Positions 20,606 to 29,629 of a DNA stretch of 32,000 nucleotides are shown piece after piece (the stretch's first letter is position 1; every line of letters begins with the position of its first letter). The notes beneath the pieces are model-generated. The model did not search any database and had not been told where the DNA came from. It saw only the letters and a program-made list of their open reading frames with translations. Source of the DNA: Pseudothioglobus sp. nBUS_23 (GTDB lineage: Bacteria; Pseudomonadota; Gammaproteobacteria; PS1; Pseudothioglobaceae). Both the position numbers and the translations under genes were made by a program. Where the stretch lies: the NCBI RefSeq assembly GCF_051201565.1, contig NZ_CP179200.1:1050001-1082000 (forward strand), given 5' to 3'.

Positions 20606-21483
20606 TGAAAAAAATCTTAGCTCTTTTTCTTGTATTTTTTACAGGAATTATATTTGCTGAAAACACTATCATTGCTTTAGTAAATAATGAACCAATTTCT
20701 CTTCATTCACTAGATGATGAATTTATTTCAGTAAAAACAAATGAAAAGAAAATTGAAATTATAAATACTCAAATTGGTTATATTCTTCAACTTCAAAAAG
20801 TTGAAGAGCTTAATTTAATACCGTCCGAACAAAATATTAATAAAGTCTTGTTAGATATTGCTAAAAGCAATAATATTACTATAGATGAACTAACAAATTT
20901 TGATGATATAGATTTAATTAAAACAAAGATTTCAGAGAAACTATCTATTTTAAATTTACAAAGATATATTACTCAAGATGTTACCTATCCAAAAGATAAA
21001 ATCCAATCTGAATGCTTCAATAACAAATTAATTAAAGATCTAAAACAAATTAAAGTAGCTCAAATTATTATTTCTGAAATTGATTCCGAATTAAAAGATA
21101 CTAAACAACAAAATATTCTTATTAAAGGGTTTTTAAATAAACTCTCGACTCATATCTCTAAAGGTGCATCTTTTGAATCTTTTGCTAAACTTCACTCCCA
21201 ACATCCCAGCTACAAAGATGGTGGTGTTAGTGATTGGCTAACAGTGAATAACCCAACTCTTAAAATGCTTGACTCTCTTAATACAAATGAAGTCTCAGAA
21301 ATCTATTCAACTATTTATGGCTTAGCAATTGCAATTAAAATTGATGAAAGATTTATAAGTAGTAAACTAAAAGAGTGTGAAGAGAAAATAATATATCAAA
21401 ATGCTGAAATATTTTATGCGGATTGGCTTAAAAACCAAAGAGAGCAAGCATTTATTGAAATTTATTACGACAAATTTAAATAG
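20605..21483 (+). CDS. surA: Periplasmic chaperone SurA-like, apparently with a single parvulin domain
   Basis: 292 aa with a signal peptide (MKKILALFLVFFTGIIFA), a SurA N-domain start (IIALVNNEPISLHSLDDEF) and one parvulin-like segment (VAQIIISE...KGASFESFAKLHSQ...GGVSDW). The SurA-like C-terminal tail is also present. Its start shares one nt with the lptD stop (TAATG). Confidence 0.75.
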   Translation: MKKILALFLVFFTGIIFAENTIIALVNNEPISLHSLDDEFISVKTNEKKIEIINTQIGYILQLQKVEELNLIPSEQNINKVLLDIAKSNNITIDELTNFDDIDLIKTKISEKLSILNLQRYITQDVTYPKDKIQSECFNNKLIKDLKQIKVAQIIISEIDSELKDTKQQNILIKGFLNKLSTHISKGASFESFAKLHSQHPSYKDGGVSDWLTVNNPTLKMLDSLNTNEVSEIYSTIYGLAIAIKIDERFISSKLKECEEKIIYQNAEIFYADWLKNQREQAFIEIYYDKFK

Positions 21484-21494
21484 GTCTGATTTTT

Positions 21495-22241
21495 ATGTCT
21501 AAATCAATTAATATCTTTGGATTCCATGGTATTGAAAGTGTATTAAATTCGAGTCCTGAATTAGTTATAAGAGTGCTAATTCAAAAAGGAAGAAAAGATA
21601 AAAGAATTATTGATTTAACAGATACTCTTAATTCTTACAAAATACTTTATTCAATTTCTGATAAAAACAACTTAGACAAAATTTCAAAAGGAGAGATCCA
21701 TCAAGGGGTCATATCAGAAGTCATGACTCCACCAGTTCTAGGTGAAGATTCTTTTTTTCATTCAATTACTATGTTTGATCAAAAGCCAATGATTCTTATA
21801 CTAGACTCAATCCAGGACCCAAGAAATTTAGGGGCCTGCCTTAGAAGTGCTAATGCAGCTGGAGTTTCTCATGTAGTTATCAATAAAGATGGTTCAGCAC
21901 CAATTAATTCTTTAGTCCATAAAACATCAGCCGGAGCTATTAATAGTCTTCAAATTTTTCATGTAACAAACCTATCAAGAACAATAAAACAAATTAAAGA
22001 AAGGAATATTTGGGTTGTTGGTCTTGATGGAAATACACAGTCCTCTATTTACAATGTCAATCTAACTAGTTCAATTGCTATTGTGGTGGGCTCAGAAGGC
22101 AAAGGAATTAGGCCATTAATCAAAAAAAATTGTGACCAATTAGTCTGTATTCCAATGTCTGGAAATATAGAAAGTCTCAATGTGTCAGTGGCAACTGCGA
22201 TTAGCCTATTTGAGATTAAAAGACAGAGAGAAAGCTCTTAA
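21495..22241 (+). CDS. rlmB: 23S rRNA (guanosine2251-2'-O)-methyltransferase
   Basis: 248 aa with an N-terminal L30e-like domain (IFGFHGIESVL) plus SpoU motifs (DSIQDPRNLGACLRSANAAG, VVGSEGKGIRPL, SLNVSVATAISLFE). Confidence 0.88.
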   Translation: MSKSINIFGFHGIESVLNSSPELVIRVLIQKGRKDKRIIDLTDTLNSYKILYSISDKNNLDKISKGEIHQGVISEVMTPPVLGEDSFFHSITMFDQKPMILILDSIQDPRNLGACLRSANAAGVSHVVINKDGSAPINSLVHKTSAGAINSLQIFHVTNLSRTIKQIKERNIWVVGLDGNTQSSIYNVNLTSSIAIVVGSEGKGIRPLIKKNCDQLVCIPMSGNIESLNVSVATAISLFEIKRQRESS

Positions 22242-22266
22242 CATTAAGTAAACTATTGGGTATAAT
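22238..22266 (+). promoter_or_regulatory. Candidate sigma70 promoter of the yceD-rpmF-plsX-fabH operon
   Basis: TTAACA lies at 22238-22243 (overlapping the rlmB stop), followed by an exact 17-bp spacer and TATAAT at 22261-22266, 22 nt upstream of the yceD ATG. Confidence 0.5.
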
Positions 22267-22288
22267 TTTCGGCTTTATAAATTAGATA

Positions 22289-22813
22289 ATGGAAAAGGCT
22301 AAAAAGCTTCCTAAGAAGATTAATTTTTTTAACTTTGCTAAGAAAGAAGTCAAGCTAAATGGAGACTTTAAAGTTTCAGAGTTATCAAGACTTTCTGAAA
22401 TAGCAAGCAATGAAAATGACAAGGTAGAAGTAGATTTATCTTTTCGCCTAGAAAATGGAAGAATCCCATGTGTTGAGGGGATAATAAAGTCTATACTTGT
22501 TTTGGATTGTCAACGATGTTTGGATAGTCTTCAAGTAGATTTAAAAGTTCCATTTAATATAGCATTTGCTAGAAATGAATTCCAGGCTGATAGCCTAGAT
22601 GATAAATTTGAAATTTATCTTATTGGAGATGATGAAGAGTTAGAGACAAAAGATTTAATTACTGATGAAATTCTTTTATCAATTCCTATGGCCCCTTCTC
22701 ATGATTATGATTGCGGCTTAAAGACTGATAAAGGAAACATAGTTGAAGAAGTTCGGGAACATCCTTTCGATGTTCTAAAAAATATAAAAATAGCCGATTT
22801 AGGCAAGGAGTAA
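22289..22813 (+). CDS. yceD: DUF177 protein YceD (large-subunit rRNA accumulation protein)
   Basis: 174 aa and acidic, with a CQRCLD motif. It sits in the conserved position immediately upstream of rpmF-plsX-fabH. Confidence 0.85.
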   Translation: MEKAKKLPKKINFFNFAKKEVKLNGDFKVSELSRLSEIASNENDKVEVDLSFRLENGRIPCVEGIIKSILVLDCQRCLDSLQVDLKVPFNIAFARNEFQADSLDDKFEIYLIGDDEELETKDLITDEILLSIPMAPSHDYDCGLKTDKGNIVEEVREHPFDVLKNIKIADLGKE

Positions 22814-22815
22814 AT

Positions 22816-23013
22816 ATGGCAGTTCAAAAAAGTCGAAAGACACCATCTAAAAGAGGAATGCGTCGTTCTCATAATGCATTAAAGAACCCTGCATTATCTG
22901 AAGATCAAGAAACTGGAGAGACTCATCTCAGACATCACATAACAGCAGATGGATACTATCGTGGCAAGCAAGTGATTAAAACTGTTGATGATATTGAAGA
23001 GGTTGAAGCCTAA
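22816..23013 (+). CDS. rpmF: 50S ribosomal protein L32
   Basis: 65 aa with N-terminus [19 protein letters not shown]. An AAGGAG RBS lies upstream. Confidence 0.96.
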   Translation: MAVQKSRKTPSKRGMRRSHNALKNPALSEDQETGETHLRHHITADGYYRGKQVIKTVDDIEEVEA

Positions 23014-23020
23014 CTAAATC

Positions 23021-24043
23021 ATGTCTATTAAGGTATCAATAGATGCCTCGGGTGGTGATTTTGGGTTACCTGTTACCATTAATGCTGGTATCAATGCTCT
23101 AAAGATTTATGATGATCTTTTAGTTAACTTTGTTGGTGATCAGACAGGAATAGAAAAAGAGTTAAATAACAACTCTTTATATTCAAAATTCACTAATCGT
23201 ATTGTGATAACTCATGCCAGTGAAGTTATCAACATGGACGACTCTCCATCTGTTGCTCTAAGACATAAAAAAGACTCTTCGATGAGAGTGGCCATAAATT
23301 TAGTGAAAAATGGTGAGGCAGATGCATGCGTTAGTGCTGGTAATACTGGGGCATTAATGTCTATCGCAAGGTTTGTGCTCAAAACAATATCTGGAGTTGA
23401 TAGGCCAGCTATTATGTCTGCAGTTCCTACACTTAATGGTCCGACACATGTACTCGACTTAGGAGCAAATATTGATTCAAAACCGAGCACTCTTCTTCAG
23501 TTTGCAATCATGGGCTCTATCGCAGTTCAAAATACCGAAAATATTGATAGACCCTCTGTTGGCCTTTTAAATGTTGGAACAGAAGAGCTTAAGGGAAATG
23601 ATAAAAGCCAGGAAACATCAGAGCTCTTAAAAAACTCATCTCTTAACTATATCGGTTTTGTTGAAGGAGATGATATTTATAAGGGTAATGTTGATGTTAT
23701 TGTTTGCGATGGGTTTGAGGGTAATATTGCATTAAAAGCCAGTGAAGGGGTAGCCAAAATGTTCTCCTTCTTTATTAAAAAATCTTTCACTAAAAATATC
23801 TTTACCAAACTTGTTGCAATAATTGCTAAGCCCGTTATGAGAGACTTTAAGTCTAAAGTAGATCCAGGAAAATATAATGGGGCTAGTCTTTTAGGCTTAA
23901 GAGGTGTTGTAGTAAAGAGTCATGGCAATGCAGATATCGACTCTTTCCTTCATGCAATCAAAGAAGCCTATCTTGAGGCACATGCTAAAATCACTGATAA
24001 GATTTCTGAACAGCTAACTCGCGAACTAGAAGAGCACAAATAA
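23021..24043 (+). CDS. plsX: Phosphate acyltransferase PlsX
   Basis: 340 aa with IDASGGDFG, SAGNTGALM and KSHGNAD motifs. It sits in the conserved rpmF-plsX-fabH order. Confidence 0.95.
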   Translation: MSIKVSIDASGGDFGLPVTINAGINALKIYDDLLVNFVGDQTGIEKELNNNSLYSKFTNRIVITHASEVINMDDSPSVALRHKKDSSMRVAINLVKNGEADACVSAGNTGALMSIARFVLKTISGVDRPAIMSAVPTLNGPTHVLDLGANIDSKPSTLLQFAIMGSIAVQNTENIDRPSVGLLNVGTEELKGNDKSQETSELLKNSSLNYIGFVEGDDIYKGNVDVIVCDGFEGNIALKASEGVAKMFSFFIKKSFTKNIFTKLVAIIAKPVMRDFKSKVDPGKYNGASLLGLRGVVVKSHGNADIDSFLHAIKEAYLEAHAKITDKISEQLTRELEEHK

Positions 24044-24987
24044 TGAAAAATTTTGCAAGAATTACTGGCACTGGAAGCTATCTCCCTACAAAAGTTATTA
24101 CGAATTTTGATCTTGAAAAAACTCTTGATACTTCAGATGAATGGATTACTGCAAGAACAGGAATTAAAGAAAGAAGAATTGTTACCAATGAAAGCACCTG
24201 TGATCTTGCTCTAGAAGCCAGCTTAAATGCTCTTTCAATGGCAGAAATTAGCCCACAAGAGATTGATCTAATTATTCTTGCGACAACTACGCCGGACAAA
24301 ATATTCCCTGCTACAGCAACAATGCTTCAGGATCGTCTTGGCGCCTCATGTCCAGCTTTTGACCTTCAAGCGGTTTGTGCTGGTTTTGTATTTGCATTAA
24401 GTACTGCTCAGCAGTATATTGAAAATGGGAGTGCTAAAAATATTTTAGTCGTTGGAAGCGAAACAATGTCTAAAATTGTTGACTGGAGTGACCGATCTAC
24501 TGCTATTTTATTTGCAGATGGTGCTGGTGCTGTTGTGTTATCAGCTGATAGCCATACTGGCATCAAACACTCTAAACTTTTTAGTGATGGAAGTTATCTG
24601 TCTTCGCTTCATGTCAATAACAATGGAATCGATGAATTAGGAATAATCGAAATGGAGGGAAATGAGGTATTTAAAATTGCAGTTAATCGATTATCTGATT
24701 TAGCAGAAGAAACACTTAAAGACTGTAAGATGAATTCAGAGAGCCTTGACTGGATGGTACCTCATCAAGCTAATATACGAATCATCAAAGCAGTTGCCAA
24801 AAGGATAAATCTACCTATGGAAAAAGTCATTCAGACCCTTGATAAGCATGGGAATACTTCTGCTGCCTCGATACCTTTAGCTTTAGATGATGGAGTTCGT
24901 GATGGAAGAATTAAAAAAGGGGATACTTTGCTATTTGAAGGTATTGGCGGAGGATTCAGCTGGGGTAGTATACTCACTGAATTTTAA
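24043..24987 (+). CDS. fabH: 3-oxoacyl-ACP synthase III
   Basis: 314 aa with the Cys-His-Asn catalytic triad contexts QAVCAGFVFAL, PHQANIRI and GNTSAASIP. Its start shares one nt with the plsX stop (TAATG). Confidence 0.96.
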   Translation: MKNFARITGTGSYLPTKVITNFDLEKTLDTSDEWITARTGIKERRIVTNESTCDLALEASLNALSMAEISPQEIDLIILATTTPDKIFPATATMLQDRLGASCPAFDLQAVCAGFVFALSTAQQYIENGSAKNILVVGSETMSKIVDWSDRSTAILFADGAGAVVLSADSHTGIKHSKLFSDGSYLSSLHVNNNGIDELGIIEMEGNEVFKIAVNRLSDLAEETLKDCKMNSESLDWMVPHQANIRIIKAVAKRINLPMEKVIQTLDKHGNTSAASIPLALDDGVRDGRIKKGDTLLFEGIGGGFSWGSILTEF

Positions 24988-25886
24988 TAACTTCGAGACA
25001 TTAGCTCTCTAGTTATCTTTCTTAAAGGCTCTGGATCAACGCTCAATAAAGATAATTCATCAAGCGCGCCATGGTAAAGCTCTTTAAAAATTCTTATAGA
25101 CTCATCAACTCCAATAATAGAAGGATAAGAGGGTTTATTTTTAGTTGAGTCTGAGTTTTGTCGTTTACCTAAAATATCGTCTGAGGTGGTTACATCAAGC
25201 ACATCATCTTGAACTTGATATGCTAGTCCAATTTTGTTAGAAAACACTTCGAGCAATGATAAATCCTTATCACTAGTATCATTTAAAATTGCCCCAAAAT
25301 TTATAGCACAGCTAAGAAGGGCTCCAGTTTTTTTTTGGTGCATCTCATTTAAAAGGTCTATATCGACCTTTTGAGAAACAATAGATAGGTCTATTGATTG
25401 GCCTTCTGCCATCTTGTAAGATGATTCTGATAGCAGGCTTAGCAACTTCACTTTTGTCTCATCATGAAGCAATGAGTCATTACAAATAACTTGAAAAGCC
25501 AATGCTTGAAGACCATCCCCAGAGAGAATCGCTTGCGCCTCACCAAAAACTTTGTGGCTTGTTGGCTGATTATGGCGAATATCATCATCATCCATTGCCG
25601 GCAGGTCATCGTGAATTAGAGAATAAATATGAATTAGCTCTATCGCACATGCGCATGAATCAACTTTTTCGATTGCAACATTATATAAACTTGCAACAGT
25701 ATAGGTGAGGATTGGTCTAAAACGCTTTCCTCCAGCCAAAGCGCTGTATTTCATAATGTCGTTAAGACGATTTTTCGAAGAACTAGTCGATTGGATAGAG
25801 CTTAAAAACAGATTTAACTGGGAGTTGACTCGCTCCCTGTAGAACTCATGAGTCTTCAAAGGGCTTTTCTTCATTATATTCATCAT
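24984..25886 (-). CDS. ispA: (2E,6E)-farnesyl diphosphate synthase
   Basis: It carries the first Asp-rich motif LIHDDLPAMDDDDIRHNQP and the second QVQDDVLD. The start is uncertain: ATG at 25886 or 25874, or TTG at 25859. All of these overlap the xseB 3' end (stop at 25846-25848). Confidence 0.9.
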   Translation of the reverse strand: MMNIMKKSPLKTHEFYRERVNSQLNLFLSSIQSTSSSKNRLNDIMKYSALAGGKRFRPILTYTVASLYNVAIEKVDSCACAIELIHIYSLIHDDLPAMDDDDIRHNQPTSHKVFGEAQAILSGDGLQALAFQVICNDSLLHDETKVKLLSLLSESSYKMAEGQSIDLSIVSQKVDIDLLNEMHQKKTGALLSCAINFGAILNDTSDKDLSLLEVFSNKIGLAYQVQDDVLDVTTSDDILGKRQNSDSTKNKPSYPSIIGVDESIRIFKELYHGALDELSLLSVDPEPLRKITRELMSRSY

Positions 25887-26070
25887 TCTCAGTCAAGATG
25901 CTAATGCGCTGCTCAGCATCCTTAAGAGCTGAGTGGCATTGTCTATGAATTTTGACACCCTCTTCAAAGTATTTTAGAGACTCCTCTAGACTCAGGTCTC
26001 CAGAGTCCATCTTGTTAATAATTTCTTCAAGCTTTGACAAACCTTTATTGAAATTAAATTTTTCAGCCAT
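25846..26070 (-). CDS. xseB: Exodeoxyribonuclease VII small subunit
   Basis: 74 aa with the helical hairpin protein motif LSLEESLKYFEEGVKIHRQCHSAL. It sits in the conserved xseB-ispA order. Confidence 0.9.
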   Translation of the reverse strand: MAEKFNFNKGLSKLEEIINKMDSGDLSLEESLKYFEEGVKIHRQCHSALKDAEQRISILTENDEYNEEKPFEDS

Positions 26071-26089
26071 AAACTTTTTAACCTCTAAC

Positions 26090-26905
26090 TTATGATCTCT
26101 TCAAAATATTATCCATCCACTTACTAGGCAGTATGTTACCTAACAAAGCAAACAGTTTTGTTGGAAAGGTAACCCTATAATAGTTTTTAGGAGAGTTTGA
26201 CTCTAGAGCATGGATTGTGCATTTTAAGACGGCGTCAGGAGATAAAGTAAATTTAACATTTTTGCCTGAATTGAGCCTTTTTATCATTGATTCATACTGA
26301 TTTAGATAATGACTATTGGATGTATCAACATTCTCTTTAAAAGCTTTATATGCATTTTGCCTAAATTTTGATTCTATTGGGCCTGGCTGAATTACTGAAA
26401 ACTTTATATTTGTATTGCATAGCTCAAGTCTTAAAGTACTAACAAGTCCCTCAATTGCAAACTTAGAAGCTATATAGGGGCCTCTAAAAGGCATTGCAAC
26501 AAATCCTAATACAGAGCTAATATAGATTATCCTTCCTGAGCCAGAATCTCTCATTCTTGAAAGTAAAAGATTTGTGAGTTCATGCCAACCAAAAACATTG
26601 GTCTGAAATTGCTTTTCTAGCACAGCTTTAGATATGTCTTCCAAAGCCCCTGCTTGTCCATAGGCTCCGTTATTTATTAATGCATATAAAGAGTCAGTTT
26701 TCTCATAAAGCTTAAAAACTGCAGATTTTATGGAGTCTGAGGAGGGCAAGTCTAAATAAAGTGCTTCAAAGCCCAAATCTTGCAACTTTTTTACATCCTC
26801 ATTAGTCCTGGCTGTTGGAAAAACTCTATACCCTTTTTTTTGAAGTCCTATAGCAATACAAAGACCTATTCCAGTTGAGCATCCTGTGATTAAAACTGAC
26901 TTCAC
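26090..26905 (-). CDS. SDR family NAD(P)-dependent oxidoreductase (YbbO-like classical SDR)
   Basis: It carries VLITGCSTGIG, NNGAYG and the YIASKFAIEG (YxxxK) motif. The ORF-track start (26923) is a TTG extension. The GTG at 26905 gives [14 protein letters not shown] and forms a GTGA overlap with the pcnB stop (26902-26905). Confidence 0.8.
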   Translation of the reverse strand: MKSVLITGCSTGIGLCIAIGLQKKGYRVFPTARTNEDVKKLQDLGFEALYLDLPSSDSIKSAVFKLYEKTDSLYALINNGAYGQAGALEDISKAVLEKQFQTNVFGWHELTNLLLSRMRDSGSGRIIYISSVLGFVAMPFRGPYIASKFAIEGLVSTLRLELCNTNIKFSVIQPGPIESKFRQNAYKAFKENVDTSNSHYLNQYESMIKRLNSGKNVKFTLSPDAVLKCTIHALESNSPKNYYRVTFPTKLFALLGNILPSKWMDNILKRS

Positions 26906-28044
26906 TTTTGAATATTTGTCCAATATTGTGCCTTATCTCTTAGATGATGATCAACACTTTCAGATCGTAGAACAAAAAAATCATACGCCATTCTAAATCG
27001 AGGATTACTCAAAATCTCTTGAGTTTTTTTAGGATTATAGTTTTCAAGGCGATATTGCAATAGCCAAATATCCCTTACTCTCCCTGAAAGCCATCTGGGC
27101 ATCATGACTTGTTGAACTTGTCTCCTAATAACATCCTCTGAAGCTTTAATCATCAGTTCAATACGAGACGTTTTTTTCTTATCAATCTCATTAAAACGCT
27201 TATTTTGAGCAGACCAAAGAAACACAGCAAATAGAAAAGCTGGCGTAACTGAGTTTCCAGACTTTATTCTTTCTGAGGTATTAATAAGTGAGGCAGATAT
27301 AAATGCGTCCTCTTGCGTATGAGGAAACAAATATTTAAGAATGCCTAAATTTGACAATTCACGAAAAACCGCTAAAGAACTCTCATTGTGAAACAACTTA
27401 ATCACTTCTTCATAAAGCCTTGCTGGAGGAACATTAGCTATTAAATGAGCATTTTTTGAAATACTTTTATTTAGGTTTGCGTTAATTGTTGCATTTAATT
27501 TAGCCTTAAATCTAACAGCACGAATCATTCTGACTGGATCTTCTCCAAACCTTTCAGAAGGATTACCAATCATATTAATTTGTAACTTTTTTAGATCTTC
27601 AAGACCTCCAACATAATCGATAACTTGGTAATTTTTCACATCGAAGTATAGACCATTGATTGTGAAGTCTCTTCGAAAAACATCATCTTTTAAAGAGCCA
27701 TAGAAATTATCACGAAGCACCATGCCTTTGTTAGAGGTTGGGTTGCTTCGACTAGAGCGAAAAGTGGCAACTTCAATAAATTTTCTAGCAGAAAACATAA
27801 TGTGAACTAATTTAAATCGCCTTCCTATAATTCTTGAGCGTTTAAATAGTTTTTGAATTTGCTCAGGAGTTGCATTAGTGGCAATATCAAAATCTTTTGG
27901 CTTCAACCCAAGAAGTAGATCCCTAATACAGCCACCAACAAGATATCCCTCGTAACCTGCTTTGTTTAGCTTTTTAACAATTTTTAAAGCATCTGAATCA
28001 ATTAATTTTTTGTCAAATCGAACGCTTTGACGAATTGGACTCAT
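26902..28044 (-). CDS. pcnB: Poly(A) polymerase I
   Basis: 380 aa with the nucleotidyltransferase head [24 protein letters not shown] and the PcnB-type signature [14 protein letters not shown]. It is shorter than E. coli PcnB at both ends. Its ATG overlaps the queF stop (ATGA at 28041-28044). Confidence 0.85.
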   Translation of the reverse strand: MSPIRQSVRFDKKLIDSDALKIVKKLNKAGYEGYLVGGCIRDLLLGLKPKDFDIATNATPEQIQKLFKRSRIIGRRFKLVHIMFSARKFIEVATFRSSRSNPTSNKGMVLRDNFYGSLKDDVFRRDFTINGLYFDVKNYQVIDYVGGLEDLKKLQINMIGNPSERFGEDPVRMIRAVRFKAKLNATINANLNKSISKNAHLIANVPPARLYEEVIKLFHNESSLAVFRELSNLGILKYLFPHTQEDAFISASLINTSERIKSGNSVTPAFLFAVFLWSAQNKRFNEIDKKKTSRIELMIKASEDVIRRQVQQVMMPRWLSGRVRDIWLLQYRLENYNPKKTQEILSNPRFRMAYDFFVLRSESVDHHLRDKAQYWTNIQK

Positions 28045-28427
28045 AAACTAACTACTTCTCTTGGATTCCATCCCTCTTTTCTGTGCTCACATTCTACATT
28101 TGTATAAACGCCGCCTCTTACATTAAAAACAGCCTTTAACCTAATAAATCTTGGGTTCATTGCTACTACCAAGTCATCCAGCATCTTGTTAGTTACTGCC
28201 TCATGAAAGGCGCCTTCATTTCGATAAGACCAGAAATAGTTTTTCAAGGCTTTAAGCTCTACACAGAGCTTATCAGCAATGTACTCAATATGAATATCTG
28301 CAAAATCAGGCTGGCCAGTAAGTGGGCAAAGACAGGTAAATTCTGAAGTATCAATTCTTATTACAAAATCTCTTTCTTCATTTGGATTATCGAAAACTTC
28401 TAAAATTTTACTTGGAGAGCTAGACAT
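28041..28427 (-). CDS. queF: NADPH-dependent 7-cyano-7-deazaguanine (preQ0) reductase, unimodular type I
   Basis: 128 aa with the catalytic Cys context [21 protein letters not shown] and the QueF motif [20 protein letters not shown]. Confidence 0.88.
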   Translation of the reverse strand: MSSSPSKILEVFDNPNEERDFVIRIDTSEFTCLCPLTGQPDFADIHIEYIADKLCVELKALKNYFWSYRNEGAFHEAVTNKMLDDLVVAMNPRFIRLKAVFNVRGGVYTNVECEHRKEGWNPREVVSL

Positions 28428-28447
28428 AGTTTTTTTCTCAGTTTAAT

Positions 28448-29590
28448 TTATAAAGGAGATATTTTAGCAATAAAAGAGGAGAATTTCCCCTGTCTAAACT
28501 GATAAAAAATGATTATAAATAAAATAAAAAGAATATGTATTGACCAAAGCCCTACAAATGGATTTAATTGGCCACTTTCAATCGAGTTTTTGGCAACCAA
28601 TAAACCGTTGTTATAGAGCATAAAAATAATTATTCCAAAGAGCAGATTAACCCCTTTGCCCGTTCTAGGTGAAGTTTTTGCTAACAGCACACCAATAAAT
28701 GAAAGAATGAGAATTGAAATTGGCTGCGATAAGCGCCATTGAATTTCTGCATTAGCAAGATTACCTCCTTCCATTAGCAGGTCAATCGATGTTTTTTCTT
28801 CAATTTCGGAAAAATTTGAAAGCGATTTTTGAACCTCTCCTGATACAATTTCCAAATCATATCGATCAAAATCCAAAATATTGACATTTTTATCTCCCGG
28901 CAAACCCTCATAGCGAACCCCATCCTTGAGTCTCAAGTAGATACTTTCATTATCTGAATCAGTGTATTTTATCGCCTCAGAAGCTAATACAACAATTGGA
29001 GCAGTTTCATTGGATACATAGATAAAAATTTCCTCCATGTTTTGCTCACCAGCCTCATCAATTTGAGATGATTCAGATGCATAAAAAACAATCTCGCCAT
29101 TTTTAAAACTTTCAAACCTTCCCTCACTGATAAAAGAAAATTCTGAGGCATTTACAGTCTCATCTTCAGCGAAACTTTTTTGTTGTTTTGCCCATGGAAC
29201 TGCATAAATTGTAAGTGCAAAAACCAAAAGAAATAAAAATACAACTACTGGTTGTATCAGATGAATAAAGCTTTTATCTCCCATACCAAAGGAATTCATT
29301 ACAACAGCCTCAGAGTTTTTATAAAACTGTGATATGGATATGATTATTGATAAAAAAATAGAAAGCGACAGTATGATGGGTAAATCACGAAGCATATTAA
29401 AACCAACTATTGGCATTAATTCCTGAATAGGAATTCCATGCTCGACACTCTCTTGAACAGTCAATACGAATTGATTTCCAAAAACAATCAAACCAATAAT
29501 AAAAAAAATACCTAAAAAGAAAACTACTAAGCTCTTCAGTAGATATCTAGAAATAATTGAATTTGGAAAATTGAATATCTTTAGAGTCAT
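28448..29590 (-). CDS. lptF: LPS export ABC transporter permease, LptF/LptG family (LptF-like)
   Basis: 380 aa with a YjgP/YjgQ architecture: three N-terminal TM segments, a periplasmic beta-jellyroll region and three C-terminal TM segments. The N-terminal SRYLLKS and the SPRTGKG loop look more like LptF than LptG. The subtype call is tentative. Confidence 0.7.
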   Translation of the reverse strand: MTLKIFNFPNSIISRYLLKSLVVFFLGIFFIIGLIVFGNQFVLTVQESVEHGIPIQELMPIVGFNMLRDLPIILSLSIFLSIIISISQFYKNSEAVVMNSFGMGDKSFIHLIQPVVVFLFLLVFALTIYAVPWAKQQKSFAEDETVNASEFSFISEGRFESFKNGEIVFYASESSQIDEAGEQNMEEIFIYVSNETAPIVVLASEAIKYTDSDNESIYLRLKDGVRYEGLPGDKNVNILDFDRYDLEIVSGEVQKSLSNFSEIEEKTSIDLLMEGGNLANAEIQWRLSQPISILILSFIGVLLAKTSPRTGKGVNLLFGIIIFMLYNNGLLVAKNSIESGQLNPFVGLWSIHILFILFIIIFYQFRQGKFSSFIAKISPL

Positions 29591-29629
29591 TAAGCTAATT
29601 ATAAAATAATATAGCTTAAAAGCGAACCT

